Positions 6,617-16,365 of a DNA stretch of 64,000 bases are shown here, one piece after another. The stretch is from Cyanobacteria bacterium auto_48_18. Lineage in GTDB: Bacteria > Cyanobacteriota > Vampirovibrionia > Obscuribacterales > Obscuribacteraceae. Below the pieces are notes generated by a model. It saw nothing but the letters and a program-made list of their open reading frames with translations, searched no databases and was not told the DNA's origin. Each line of letters begins with the position of its first letter. The first letter of the stretch is position 1. The position numbers and the translations under genes are program-made. The stretch is taken from positions 133,627-197,626 of the forward strand of contig JAVHQC010000016.1 of the NCBI GenBank assembly GCA_036170915.1, read 5' to 3'.

Positions 6617-9259
6617 CTACAGACCGCTGTCGCCGTCAGGTACTTCTACTTTGACTTTGTCTGCCGAGAGTTTAACCAGGAAAATCAACTCAGGTTTTTT
6701 AGTATGCGGTACTTTTTTGAATGGCGCCGCAGCATTTACCGCTCTTTGCAGAGCACTAGAAATTTTTTCTTGATCTTCTTCGGCCAGGGCTTGTTTTTCT
6801 AGTCGTTTGACATTGCCGTCGGCATCTACACCCACAGTCAGTCTAATTTTCCACTTCTTACGTTTGCCTTTTTCTTTTTTCAATTCTTGCTGAGCAAATT
6901 CAGGCAGCACCAGTTTTTCTTTGATAGCGTCTTTAACCTGAGCATAGAACTCTTTCATTTCAGCGTCTGATGCTTCTTTTGCTGGCGCGCCGTCTTCGTC
7001 ACCAGCTTCGTCTGGATCAACTTCATTGTCTTGCGATGCCACGGTGGTTCTATCGGACGCCAACTGGTCGATTACGGCAATGGCTACTTTGGGATCGTAA
7101 GACTTCATGCTGGTCTCTAGATTGAGCGGTTGCCCCACAACCAGGAATGATTTACCCGGAATAATTGATAAGAAGGAAGCAAGCAATACTTTTTTGAATT
7201 CACCATCTTTATTAGGGCCACGCATGATGATCCAGTTAAGCGTGCCTTCGCCAAGAACTTGCTTACCTTGCTCAACTATGGGCACGCCGCCTTCTGCAGC
7301 TCTAACATCTGTGTAAGGCGGTTTGCCCACAAAAGCTTCCAGATTATTCACAGGTGATGTATCTGGAAATTCAGTCAAAATCAGTTTTTGATTAGCCAGG
7401 TCGGAATAAATACCAAAACTTGGATTCGGCTTAGTGATTTCGCTGGTGTCTTCATACCAGTGGTCATTCATCGGATTAACTTTGAAGCCTGCCGATTTAA
7501 CAGCCAGTTCAGTAGCTTTCTCTGAATTAGGATGAGCAGGCGGAGTATTAGAAGTGGTGCTAGTCTGATTAGGATCTTTTGTCACCACTGCTGGTGGCTT
7601 AGGCAGATTGATGATGGTGATCAGGAAAAGCGGTACCAGAACAGAAGCCGCAATGATTAATTGCTTTTTGGTCAGCCCCGTTTTCTTTTGCATCACCTTA
7701 ACGGCTGCAGTCGCTTTGCCCTTAACCGAGCTTGTGTCAGGCTCAGGCGGCGGTGCTTCAATGATCCCGCCACAATTGCTGCAAGGGCCGTAAGCGATGT
7801 TTTGAGTGAAGCACACCGGACAAACAATCCGTTCGCCTTCAGGTTGTGCCGCGGCGACCACTTCGGCATCGAGCTTGGTGCGCAGGCCACCCAAGCCGTC
7901 GTCATTTTCAATATCAGTAGTGGAACGCATTTTTTTGCTGCTCATATCGAGCAAGGCGCCCATCCACATAAATTGATAGCACTTCACGGGCGGAGCCGGC
8001 ATACCCGATTTAACAGTCTGTGGGCCGCTGTGCAAGCCAATCAGTTTATAGTCTTTGCATACAAGAGCGCCGGCATTGTCTGGTGGCACCGGCACGGTGT
8101 GCAACATGTTTTTGGGCTGAGCGGCGCTGGCACTGCCAAAATAATTTCCCTGCAACCAGACTGGTTTGCCCGAAAGCGGATCTAGATAGAAGCACTGCAA
8201 ATTGTCCCAATTATGCACTTCAAAATCGGTGTGCGATGTTAAAGGTGGGCCCACTGTTCCGTTGCAATGGAAAGGGGTGCGCTTATTGATTTGCGAGGCC
8301 ACACCACGGTTAACCAGTTCACGCACGGCTACAAGTACAGTAAAACTATCAGAGCCTACTCTTTCGGCTAATTTTTCCAGAGTAAGAAATCCGTCCATGG
8401 CTTCCCACAAGCGACTGACCATCCAGCGAATCTCTTCAGATGATGTAGACGGATCGTAAGATTGCACAACGCGCTGATAGCGTGCTTCTTTACCGCCTAG
8501 CTGGGCGTAGACACTTTCTAATTCGTTGGCACGGCGCATGCCTTCCCAGACTAGTCGATCGGCAGGAGCATTAATTGGCGCGACATCAGGCCAGGGGAAG
8601 GTGCCTTCAGGTTCAAAAGTGAAGCCATGAGCAGGTTGCTTGATAACCAGTTCAAAAAATGCGTAAGCAGGCAATAGCTCAGGCTGACGATAATAAACCA
8701 GGGGAATAGCGCCATTATTCAATTGCAGACGCGCCACTGGAATATTGCGGGCGTCAATTAGCGTCAGCAATCCGGTGCGCTTTTGCTCTAAAAGAGTATT
8801 GAGGACCTGCAAAAATTCCTGACCGCGAATGTTGCCAGAAGACTCCACGCCATCTTTTTTGAAAGGCAGCGAAAGGGCACGACCCAGTTCAGCCACTTTT
8901 TCGGGCATTAGCTCGGGCACATTGCCGTCTACCACCATCAGGGCCATATCATTGGGCAGGAATGGCAAAGTTTCGCCAGGATAATTGGTCTGGGCGAGAT
9001 ACTGCGCCCGAGCCTGCGGTTTGTCAAAATCGTTGTGCAAACTGAGAGTTTTTACACCCATAGTTATGTCTGGGTGCGGGAAATAGATTGTTAACGCCCA
9101 CGGAGCGTCAGTGTAATGAAAAACGTTACCTGCGGTGGTAACGAATCTGCTCTTAGATATCAGAAAACCCTGCGCCAGGTATTTCGGTGGATTTACTGTG
9201 CGGTCCATGACAAAGCCAATGGCATTGGCCATGTCCTGTTCCAGAAGTTGAAAAGTCAT
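6617..9259 (-). CDS. Multidomain membrane protein: degenerate trypsin-like fold + DUF4388/PATAN-like insert + Zn ribbon + TM helix + C-terminal TonB-C domain
   Basis: GFLIS..VTTAGNV, NDMALM, GNIRGQEFLQVL..KRTGLLTL, PDNAGALV..LIGLHSG, CPVC/CSNC, TM LIIAASVLVPLFLITII, and VGVDADGNV..AVNAAAPF. Confidence 0.65.
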   Translation of the reverse strand: MTFQLLEQDMANAIGFVMDRTVNPPKYLAQGFLISKSRFVTTAGNVFHYTDAPWALTIYFPHPDITMGVKTLSLHNDFDKPQARAQYLAQTNYPGETLPFLPNDMALMVVDGNVPELMPEKVAELGRALSLPFKKDGVESSGNIRGQEFLQVLNTLLEQKRTGLLTLIDARNIPVARLQLNNGAIPLVYYRQPELLPAYAFFELVIKQPAHGFTFEPEGTFPWPDVAPINAPADRLVWEGMRRANELESVYAQLGGKEARYQRVVQSYDPSTSSEEIRWMVSRLWEAMDGFLTLEKLAERVGSDSFTVLVAVRELVNRGVASQINKRTPFHCNGTVGPPLTSHTDFEVHNWDNLQCFYLDPLSGKPVWLQGNYFGSASAAQPKNMLHTVPVPPDNAGALVCKDYKLIGLHSGPQTVKSGMPAPPVKCYQFMWMGALLDMSSKKMRSTTDIENDDGLGGLRTKLDAEVVAAAQPEGERIVCPVCFTQNIAYGPCSNCGGIIEAPPPEPDTSSVKGKATAAVKVMQKKTGLTKKQLIIAASVLVPLFLITIINLPKPPAVVTKDPNQTSTTSNTPPAHPNSEKATELAVKSAGFKVNPMNDHWYEDTSEITKPNPSFGIYSDLANQKLILTEFPDTSPVNNLEAFVGKPPYTDVRAAEGGVPIVEQGKQVLGEGTLNWIIMRGPNKDGEFKKVLLASFLSIIPGKSFLVVGQPLNLETSMKSYDPKVAIAVIDQLASDRTTVASQDNEVDPDEAGDEDGAPAKEASDAEMKEFYAQVKDAIKEKLVLPEFAQQELKKEKGKRKKWKIRLTVGVDADGNVKRLEKQALAEEDQEKISSALQRAVNAAAPFKKVPHTKKPELIFLVKLSADKVKVEVPDGDSGL

Positions 9260-9353
9260 AGGTATAGCTCGTTAGTAACCGTCCCTCAGATTCGGTTATA
9301 CCACAGACCAGCGCGCCCTTTTACTGCTAGCCGACGATATCTCCAAGGTCTTC

Positions 9354-9749
9354 TCATCTTGAAATGTCATGGTGCATATCGCTAGTGCTATTTTCATGCT
9401 CATGGCCGTCTACTGCTTGAATCAAGCAAGCGTGAACAGTGCGACTGGCGGCGGCAAGACACCACCTGCAAGCTTTATAGCCTTGAGCCCGGGCCGATTT
9501 AATCGTTGGTAAATAAACCTTTCTGGACCTCGACATCAACAAAGAATAAGGACAATTTGGTTGATGAAACTTACGCGAAATCAAATTGCCTTCATATTTA
9601 TAGGTCACATGATGGCCGTGGGCCACTGGGTTCAGGTGTTCACCCGGTTGAAAGAGCAGGGCCGCTTGAGATGGTTGAGCCGCAACTTCTGTTACCCACT
9701 GCCCGGAGGTGAAAAGAGCGCAGCAAATCACAAAGGTCGAGATTTTCAT
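9354..9749 (-). CDS. Exported protein with Ada-type metal-binding domain
   Basis: Signal peptide, then GNLISRKFHQPNC ... ARAQGYKACRWC. Confidence 0.75.
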   Translation of the reverse strand: MKISTFVICCALFTSGQWVTEVAAQPSQAALLFQPGEHLNPVAHGHHVTYKYEGNLISRKFHQPNCPYSLLMSRSRKVYLPTIKSARAQGYKACRWCLAAASRTVHACLIQAVDGHEHENSTSDMHHDISR

Positions 9750-9830
9750 GAGCGAGCCTGATGGAAGGAGTAAACTTTTAAAACAGCCAACATTTATATA
9801 AACGTTTGCTGATTTGATTTAGTTCAAAAA

Positions 9831-11465
9831 TTGATCAAAAAAAAGGCGCCTATTTTGAACGAGAAAATAACTGCGATTGCTGACGCTCAGAAAGGGGCTC
9901 AAAAAGAAGCTCATAATGACGCTGAAAAACCGGTTCTTTCAGGAAGACCAAGCTCACGTTATCGCGTCGCTCTTTCTACTTTGACTGACCTTTATCAATT
10001 GACTATGGCTTACGGCTATTTTGCCACCGGCACCATGAGCAAAGAAGCGGTTTTTCATATGTCTTTTCGCAAGAATCCGTTTAACGGTGGCTTTGCTGTT
10101 GCTGGTGGTCTGTCAGAATTAATTGATTTCGTTGAACATTTTCGTTTTGAAGAAGTCGATTTACAATTTCTTGCTCAGCTTCAAGGAACTGATCATAAGC
10201 CGCTTTTCAGTGTCGAATTTCTTGATTATCTGCGCGATTTAAAATTGACTCTCGATATTGATGCCGTGGCAGAAGGTGAAGTGGTCTTTGCTCATGAGCC
10301 TCTGGTGCGAGTGAAGGGGCCAATTATTCATTGCCAGCTGCTCGAAACTGCTCTGCTGAACATCATCAATTTCCAAACCTTAATTGCCACAAAAGCGGCC
10401 AGGCTCAAGTTAGCCGCTCAGGGCAAAGATGTTTTAGAGTTTGGTCTGCGCCGCGCGCAAGGAATTGATGGGGGTCTAAGCGCCAGTCGCTCAGCTTATC
10501 TAGGGGGCTGCGACGCCACTTCTAATGTGCTGGCCGGCCGTCTTTATGGCATTCCCGTGAAAGGAACCCACGCACATAGTTGGGTTATGTCTTTTGATGA
10601 CGAACTGACTGCATTTCGCGAGTATGCGCGTACTATGCCCAACAATTGTATTTTTCTTGTAGACACTTACGATACTTTAGCCGGCGTGGCCAATGCCATA
10701 AAAGTAGGGCTCGAGCTGCGCGCCGAGGGCCATGAGCTTGCTGGTGTGCGCCTCGATTCTGGTGACCTTGCTTATCTCAGTGCTGAAGCGCGCAAAATGC
10801 TTGATGCCGCCGGATTTTTACAAGCACAAATTGTGGCATCTAACGATCTCGATGAAACAGTAATTTCTTCTCTGATTGATCAAGGAGCTGCAATCGACGT
10901 CTGGGGCGTAGGTACAAAGCTTGTCACTGCTTCTGATCAGTCTGCCCTTGGTGGAGTTTATAAACTTTCTTGTGTGCGCGACGCGCAAAAAAGTGATGGC
11001 GACTCAGACGCTAAAGAGCACTGGCAATATCGCCTAAAACTTTCTGAGCAGGTGATCAAAATTTCTACGCCAGGTATTCACCAGGTGCGCCGCTATTATC
11101 TAACTCAGGACCGAGATACGCGTTTCATTGCCGACATGATTTTTGATTGCCAGAATGATGCCATCGCAGAAAATTTAAGTGAACCGGTGATTGTTGATCC
11201 GATTGATTTCACCAGGCGAAAAAGTATTCCGGCTCAAGCTATTTTTGAAGATCTGTTAGTGCCGATTTTTAGAGCTGGAAAGCTGGTCTATGACGAGCCC
11301 ACCATTGAAGAGAGCAGAGCCTTGCGCCATAGAAGACTGAAGAGTTTTCACACTTCCATCTTGCGACTGCTTAACCCGCACCAGTATCCGGTTGGCCTGG
11401 AAGCAGGATTGCACAAAATGAAGCTTGATATAGTAATGCGCGACCGGGGCTTCGCTCAGCAGTAA
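9831..11465 (+). CDS. pncB: Nicotinate phosphoribosyltransferase
   Basis: TDLYQLTM, EFGLRRAQG, GTHAHSW, LVDTYDT, GVRLDSGDL, ASNDLDE and GGVYKL motifs. Exact start uncertain. Confidence 0.95.
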   Translation: MIKKKAPILNEKITAIADAQKGAQKEAHNDAEKPVLSGRPSSRYRVALSTLTDLYQLTMAYGYFATGTMSKEAVFHMSFRKNPFNGGFAVAGGLSELIDFVEHFRFEEVDLQFLAQLQGTDHKPLFSVEFLDYLRDLKLTLDIDAVAEGEVVFAHEPLVRVKGPIIHCQLLETALLNIINFQTLIATKAARLKLAAQGKDVLEFGLRRAQGIDGGLSASRSAYLGGCDATSNVLAGRLYGIPVKGTHAHSWVMSFDDELTAFREYARTMPNNCIFLVDTYDTLAGVANAIKVGLELRAEGHELAGVRLDSGDLAYLSAEARKMLDAAGFLQAQIVASNDLDETVISSLIDQGAAIDVWGVGTKLVTASDQSALGGVYKLSCVRDAQKSDGDSDAKEHWQYRLKLSEQVIKISTPGIHQVRRYYLTQDRDTRFIADMIFDCQNDAIAENLSEPVIVDPIDFTRRKSIPAQAIFEDLLVPIFRAGKLVYDEPTIEESRALRHRRLKSFHTSILRLLNPHQYPVGLEAGLHKMKLDIVMRDRGFAQQ

Positions 11466-11475
11466 AATTTGAAAT

Positions 11476-11841
11476 TTAAAAACGTGGTCGACGTGACGAA
11501 AGGCTTACCAGATTGCTTTCTCGTTGACTGCGAGGGTCAGCTGTTGAGCCCCCGGACATTCGTTTTTCGATACCTTCCATCCATCTAGTAAGTACAACCA
11601 GGTGATCTAGGCCTTTTTCACCTAACTTCTCTTTGTGCGCTTTCAACTGTCGATAGTATTTCAGCAGTGCGGTAAAGAGTCTAAAGGACGCTTCTGTATC
11701 AGATTCGCCGTAGCAACTCAAACCGAGTTCGGGCACTGAAGCGACAAATCGATTTTTGACTTTCCACAATTTAGCTGAAAGAAGGCCATCACTGAAGGGA
11801 AGAGGAACTTCTCTTACATCCTGGTTTTTAGTTAGCTTCAT
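11476..11841 (-). CDS. Hypothetical protein with HicB-like N-terminal motif
   Basis: RFVASVPELGLSCYGESDTEA resembles the HicB motif (f.a.vP.l.gc...G.t..EA). Confidence 0.55.
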   Translation of the reverse strand: MKLTKNQDVREVPLPFSDGLLSAKLWKVKNRFVASVPELGLSCYGESDTEASFRLFTALLKYYRQLKAHKEKLGEKGLDHLVVLTRWMEGIEKRMSGGSTADPRSQRESNLVSLSSRRPRF

Positions 11842-11944
11842 TCAAAAACGCCTATCCAAGGATCCCAATTGATGGCAGCGACTTGACGCATGGTTCTAGT
11901 ATAACTCTTAATGCGATGGCGTCTAGTCTTACATTATTGAAAGA

Positions 11945-12907
11945 CTATTTTGCTGAGCCGATTTGCGCAGATATTTCACTCATACTGCGATGGATAATTT
12001 CGTTTTCTGCATGCTCGTCAATGGCCAGCCAAGTCATTTTTGCATTGGCGCGAAACCAGATCAACTGCCGCCTGGCTAGTGCTGTAGAGTTTTTGATGAT
12101 TTGATCACGGGCCTGATCGAGAGTCAATTGACCTTGCATATGTTGAATCATTTCACTGTATGCCACTGTATTTGTGAGAGCTTGCGTGGCTCCAAATTTT
12201 GTATAAATAGAATGCACTTCATCTTGCAGTCCGTTTGCTAATTGCACATCAATACGTTCGATAATGCGCTCCTTAAGAAGCTCGCGTCGATTGGCTGTAA
12301 GGCCTATCCAGACTACGTTGTAGGGCACCGGCTCGCGGCTGGCGGCCTGAGAGAAAGGCATATTTAAAACTCGTGAAACCTCAATGGCGCGAATCAAACG
12401 AAAGCGATCGTTGATACCAATTTTTTCTGCCGAAGTAGGATCAAGCTGGCGCAAAATTTCACGTAAATGCTCAACACCGTGCTCCTCGGCCACTTTAGCT
12501 AGCTCAGCACGCAGCTCTACTTGTGGTTCAACTTCAGGCATACGCAGTCCTTCAAGCAATGCTCTGAGATAAAAACCGGTGCCGCCACAAACAACTGGAA
12601 TTTTATTTTCAGCAATCAAATTTGAAAGCACTTGCCCTGCGTCTCGTTTGAACTGAGAGGCAGTATAAGTTTGGTCAGGCTCAATAATGTCGAGCATATG
12701 ATGCTTGATGCCGCCTTGCTCAATGAGCGTCGGTTTGGCTGTGCCAATATTCATACACTTGTATATGGTGCGCGAATCAGCGGCCACTACTTCGCCGCCG
12801 AGCTTTTGCGCAAGAGCAATAGCCAGGCTGCTTTTGCCTGAACAAGTTGGGCCTACTACGGCAATTACAAGCGGCAACTGCGGTTGAATCTCGATGCTGG
12901 ACATCAA
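11945..12907 (-). CDS. miaA: tRNA dimethylallyltransferase
   Basis: GPTCSGKS, ADSRTIY..MNIGTAKP, CGGTGFY, RLIRAIEV and LARRQLIWFR motifs. Confidence 0.97.
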   Translation of the reverse strand: MMSSIEIQPQLPLVIAVVGPTCSGKSSLAIALAQKLGGEVVAADSRTIYKCMNIGTAKPTLIEQGGIKHHMLDIIEPDQTYTASQFKRDAGQVLSNLIAENKIPVVCGGTGFYLRALLEGLRMPEVEPQVELRAELAKVAEEHGVEHLREILRQLDPTSAEKIGINDRFRLIRAIEVSRVLNMPFSQAASREPVPYNVVWIGLTANRRELLKERIIERIDVQLANGLQDEVHSIYTKFGATQALTNTVAYSEMIQHMQGQLTLDQARDQIIKNSTALARRQLIWFRANAKMTWLAIDEHAENEIIHRSMSEISAQIGSAK

Positions 12908-12908
12908 C

Positions 12909-13733
12909 TTAATTGTAAGCGTTGATTGCTTGTGACAGCGTGGTGAAGCAAGCCAGGCCGATCCAAAAGAGATAAACCAGAGTCAAAATCGGCGGCACCA
13001 CCAGTAAAATCAGCGTCAATTTTACGCCTGAGGTACGCAGTGAAGTTTGAAAGGCAATCCACTGCAAAGCAACAAACCATAACGCCGGCATAGCCGCCAC
13101 AATAAAGAACAGCGGTGTGTGACGCAGGCATGCCACTGGGCCAAAAAAGGCAAAAGGTAGGAATGCCCAGCCGGTAGCAATAAAAGCGTTACCGAAGCTC
13201 AGGCGATGGCCGCGCAAAAAGATACTGAGATAATAGAGGATGCATGAAAGGGTTACCCAGTAACCCACTCCAGAGAGAAGAAAGACCAGGCAAGTGAGCA
13301 AGCTTTGGGGGCCATCGACTTTAAAACGCAAAAATGCGGGCACAGCAAGAGCCAATATTACAAGAAGAGCCGCACCGGCTAAATTGCCCAGGCTGGCAGG
13401 AAAGCGCATTGAATCACTCAATATGAGCATTGTCTGCCGCGGCGCCACGAGAACACCATAGAAAATATCAGCCCATAAATTGAAGCGATTTTTGTAAATG
13501 CCTCTGGCTTTACCGCTGCTTTGTTCATGCGCGCCGGTAATTTCCAGATCTACTAACGGGTCTGCTTCTACCGCCTGTTCGCCGGCGCGTGGAGACTGAA
13601 TTAAGACTTGCCTGAATGCTTGCTCCAACTCTCGAGGATCACTTTCAGAAATGCGTTTATTCGGCGAGAGGGTTGTTTCTCCAGCTTGATTAGGATTAGC
13701 ATCAATATTTTCAGCGTTGATTTCGTCTGCCAC
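12909..13733 (-). CDS. Yip1-family multi-pass membrane protein
   Basis: IFYGVLVAPRQTM start, about 5 hydrophobic helices, and GWAFLP. Lies between sppA and miaA. Confidence 0.7.
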   Translation of the reverse strand: MADEINAENIDANPNQAGETTLSPNKRISESDPRELEQAFRQVLIQSPRAGEQAVEADPLVDLEITGAHEQSSGKARGIYKNRFNLWADIFYGVLVAPRQTMLILSDSMRFPASLGNLAGAALLVILALAVPAFLRFKVDGPQSLLTCLVFLLSGVGYWVTLSCILYYLSIFLRGHRLSFGNAFIATGWAFLPFAFFGPVACLRHTPLFFIVAAMPALWFVALQWIAFQTSLRTSGVKLTLILLVVPPILTLVYLFWIGLACFTTLSQAINAYN

Positions 13734-13781
13734 TGCGCTTCTAAATTTCCGTCATTCGTTATTCGTTTTTTTTGTTATTCG

Positions 13782-14783
13782 TTATTGCATCAGCCAGAGC
13801 GGCTGTTTGTTTAGTTCAGCGCTCAATTGCGCTGGAATAAATTTTTCCAGTGGAGTGGTGGCAGCAGGTGCACCTAGTTGTACTCGACCTTCCATCAAGC
13901 TGGCCAACAGACCACTGCTGTCATTGTCATCAACAGCCAGATCGTTTTTCAATTGAAAACGTTCTTTGCTAATTTTCTGCAGTAGTGCCAGAGCATCAGT
14001 GTAAGAACCAAGCTCATCCACCAGGCCAAGCTTTAGTGCCTGGCGCCCTGAATAAATGCGGCCATCAGCAATTGTTCTAACTTTTTCAATGGGCATTTTG
14101 CGTCCGTTAGCTACAGCTGTGGTGAACTGATCATATGAATCCATAATCAGAGCCTGCAAAATATCATGCTCTTCTCTAGTCATTTTTCTGTAGGGCGAAG
14201 CAATATCTTTGAACACACCAGACTTAATTACTTCAGGCTCAAGACCGACTTTGTCAGTCAATCCTTTGAGATTCATAAGATTGATAATCACACCAATTGA
14301 GCCGGTGAGCGTACCAGGATTGGCCACGATTTTATCAGCGGCGCAAGCGATGTAATAACCACCTGAAGCAGCGACATCACCCATTGATACCACTACTGGT
14401 TTGCCTTTCTCTTTTAACTGCAAAATCGCTTCGTGAATTTCTTGCGACATTGGCACTGTGCCACCAGGCGAATTAACGCGCAGCAGCACTGCCTTGACCT
14501 TCTTTGATTTGAGAGCTTTGCGCAATTCTTTCAAAACAGAATTAGAAGACCCGGCTGACGATGTGAAAATTGAACCATCAGCTTTGTCGATAATCATGCC
14601 GGTTAAACGCACCACTTGAATGTGATCGCGAAATTTGGTCATGATGCCATCAGATGACGACGAGTCATCTTTATTGCTGTCGCGGTCCTGACTGCCGGCG
14701 CTTTGCGTGAGAACGGCGGCGGGCACCGCCAGTACGCACAGGGCCAAAATTAGCCAGACGAACCAACGTTGATTAATGCGCAT
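13782..14783 (-). CDS. sppA: Signal peptide peptidase SppA (S49, 36K type)
   Basis: LRVNSPGG, SMGDVAASGGYYIA, TGSIGVI, KSGVFKD and DGRIYSGRQALKLGLVD motifs. Confidence 0.96.
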   Translation of the reverse strand: MRINQRWFVWLILALCVLAVPAAVLTQSAGSQDRDSNKDDSSSSDGIMTKFRDHIQVVRLTGMIIDKADGSIFTSSAGSSNSVLKELRKALKSKKVKAVLLRVNSPGGTVPMSQEIHEAILQLKEKGKPVVVSMGDVAASGGYYIACAADKIVANPGTLTGSIGVIINLMNLKGLTDKVGLEPEVIKSGVFKDIASPYRKMTREEHDILQALIMDSYDQFTTAVANGRKMPIEKVRTIADGRIYSGRQALKLGLVDELGSYTDALALLQKISKERFQLKNDLAVDDNDSSGLLASLMEGRVQLGAPAATTPLEKFIPAQLSAELNKQPLWLMQ

Positions 14784-14807
14784 TCGCGTTTTACTCGATT
14801 TTAAGGA

Positions 14808-16142
14808 TTAAAGTGTTTTGTCTTTCGCTTTTGGTGCCGGACTGGCAAGCGCTGGAGTCGTGTTGTCTATTGGTTGCGGCACAGGTGCTGCGATTGTTTG
14901 CGAGCTGCCTTCGCCAAGATTTTGCAATTCGTCTTGAACGCTAACATCTAGTTTACCCACAGCGTCAGCACCAGCCATATCAACAAGGCCCTGACGGTAA
15001 CGGTGAATATCATCACTGATATTAATCACGTCACGCTGCGCTTTGCGCACGGTGTATTCCATCTCTAATTGTTTGGCTGCGTCTTGTCCGCTACGTGCCG
15101 CTTTCATCATATTGTTCAACTCTTCAAAGTCAGTGGTGGCACGATTAAGAGTGATGATATTTTTTTTGTAGAGGCGATAATTTTCGACAAGCTTATCGGA
15201 AGTGCTGCGCACCATATTATAAAGACTGATAAGTTCCGCTTGTCCAAGCTGCGCCATTTTCTGATCGCGGCGCTCCACTACACCCATGAGCTGGCCAAGG
15301 GCCTGCTGGCTGAAGTTTTGCATAATATAGGTGCCTTGTGTGGGCGAAAAGATACCAGCAGCGCCAATTGATCCGGCCAGAACTCCGCTCAGTGCGCGGG
15401 CCATCACTGTAGCAGCATGACCTTTGTCGCTATTAGGCACAAGTTTTTGCACCACAAATTGAATATCTGGAGAGCGGTTCAATGTGGCATCCCAGAGAGC
15501 AGCAATCTGTCTTTGCTCACTGGTTTCTAAAAATTCTGCTTTTGACTGCACCTCTTCTTCGGTTTGAATCAGAGGCAGAGGCACAGCGTTTACGTTTCTA
15601 GCTGTTTCAGAAAGGCTGTGGCCAAGCTTATTGTCTTTTTTAGGCTTTTCGGCCTTTTCTGCTTTACCAGGCTTCATGCTGGTAGAAGGTAAGCCTTCAG
15701 GAGCAGCAGTGCCGTTAGGCAATTTGTTATCTTCTGTGGCACGAATTTTAAATGTAGGGCTTGTGCCTGCATCAGACGGCTCAGCCGGAGTGGAAGAAAC
15801 AGGCTCATCGTCGCCCAGTTTCATGGGAGAAAGATCAGCGCCTGGTGCAGCGGCTGGTGTAGAGGTGTCTATAGCCGGAGCTAAGTCACCGGAGGCACCG
15901 CTAGTAGTGTTACTAGTGTTGGATGAGTCGGCACTAGATTCGGTGCCATCATCAAGTTTGCTATTCAGTGGAAGTTGCAGGTTTGATTTCTTCTGCCCGA
16001 GTGACAGTGCAGAAGCTGGTGCAAGAGCAGTGGAGCCCACCAGCAAGAGTGAGCAGGCCAGGCCGGCGACTCTACGGGAGACTTCTGTTTTGCAGGCTTG
16101 TGCACGGAAGAAGCGCAACCTGGCAAGCTTTTTTAGGAACAT
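14808..16142 (-). CDS. Exported hypothetical protein (disordered N-terminus, helical C-terminal domain)
   Basis: Signal-like N-terminus, S/T/P-rich linker and coiled-coil C-terminal half. Confidence 0.7.
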   Translation of the reverse strand: MFLKKLARLRFFRAQACKTEVSRRVAGLACSLLLVGSTALAPASALSLGQKKSNLQLPLNSKLDDGTESSADSSNTSNTTSGASGDLAPAIDTSTPAAAPGADLSPMKLGDDEPVSSTPAEPSDAGTSPTFKIRATEDNKLPNGTAAPEGLPSTSMKPGKAEKAEKPKKDNKLGHSLSETARNVNAVPLPLIQTEEEVQSKAEFLETSEQRQIAALWDATLNRSPDIQFVVQKLVPNSDKGHAATVMARALSGVLAGSIGAAGIFSPTQGTYIMQNFSQQALGQLMGVVERRDQKMAQLGQAELISLYNMVRSTSDKLVENYRLYKKNIITLNRATTDFEELNNMMKAARSGQDAAKQLEMEYTVRKAQRDVINISDDIHRYRQGLVDMAGADAVGKLDVSVQDELQNLGEGSSQTIAAPVPQPIDNTTPALASPAPKAKDKTL

Positions 16143-16365
16143 AAAATAGTGGGTCCTTTTCTTTCTCTAAACTGTCTGTTTACGTATCTGTTAATACGAA
16201 GACGTCGATGCAGTTAGGAAGTTTCTATGACAAATGCTGGCGTGAGTGTAGCTAAGCAAGCGTCAATATACCATGAGAAGATCTCTTTGAAAGTTACCTT
16301 TTGTCAATCTCAGTTGGCATCTTGAGAATTTGTTTCCAAAATTTATGAACCCTTGAAAACCGGCA

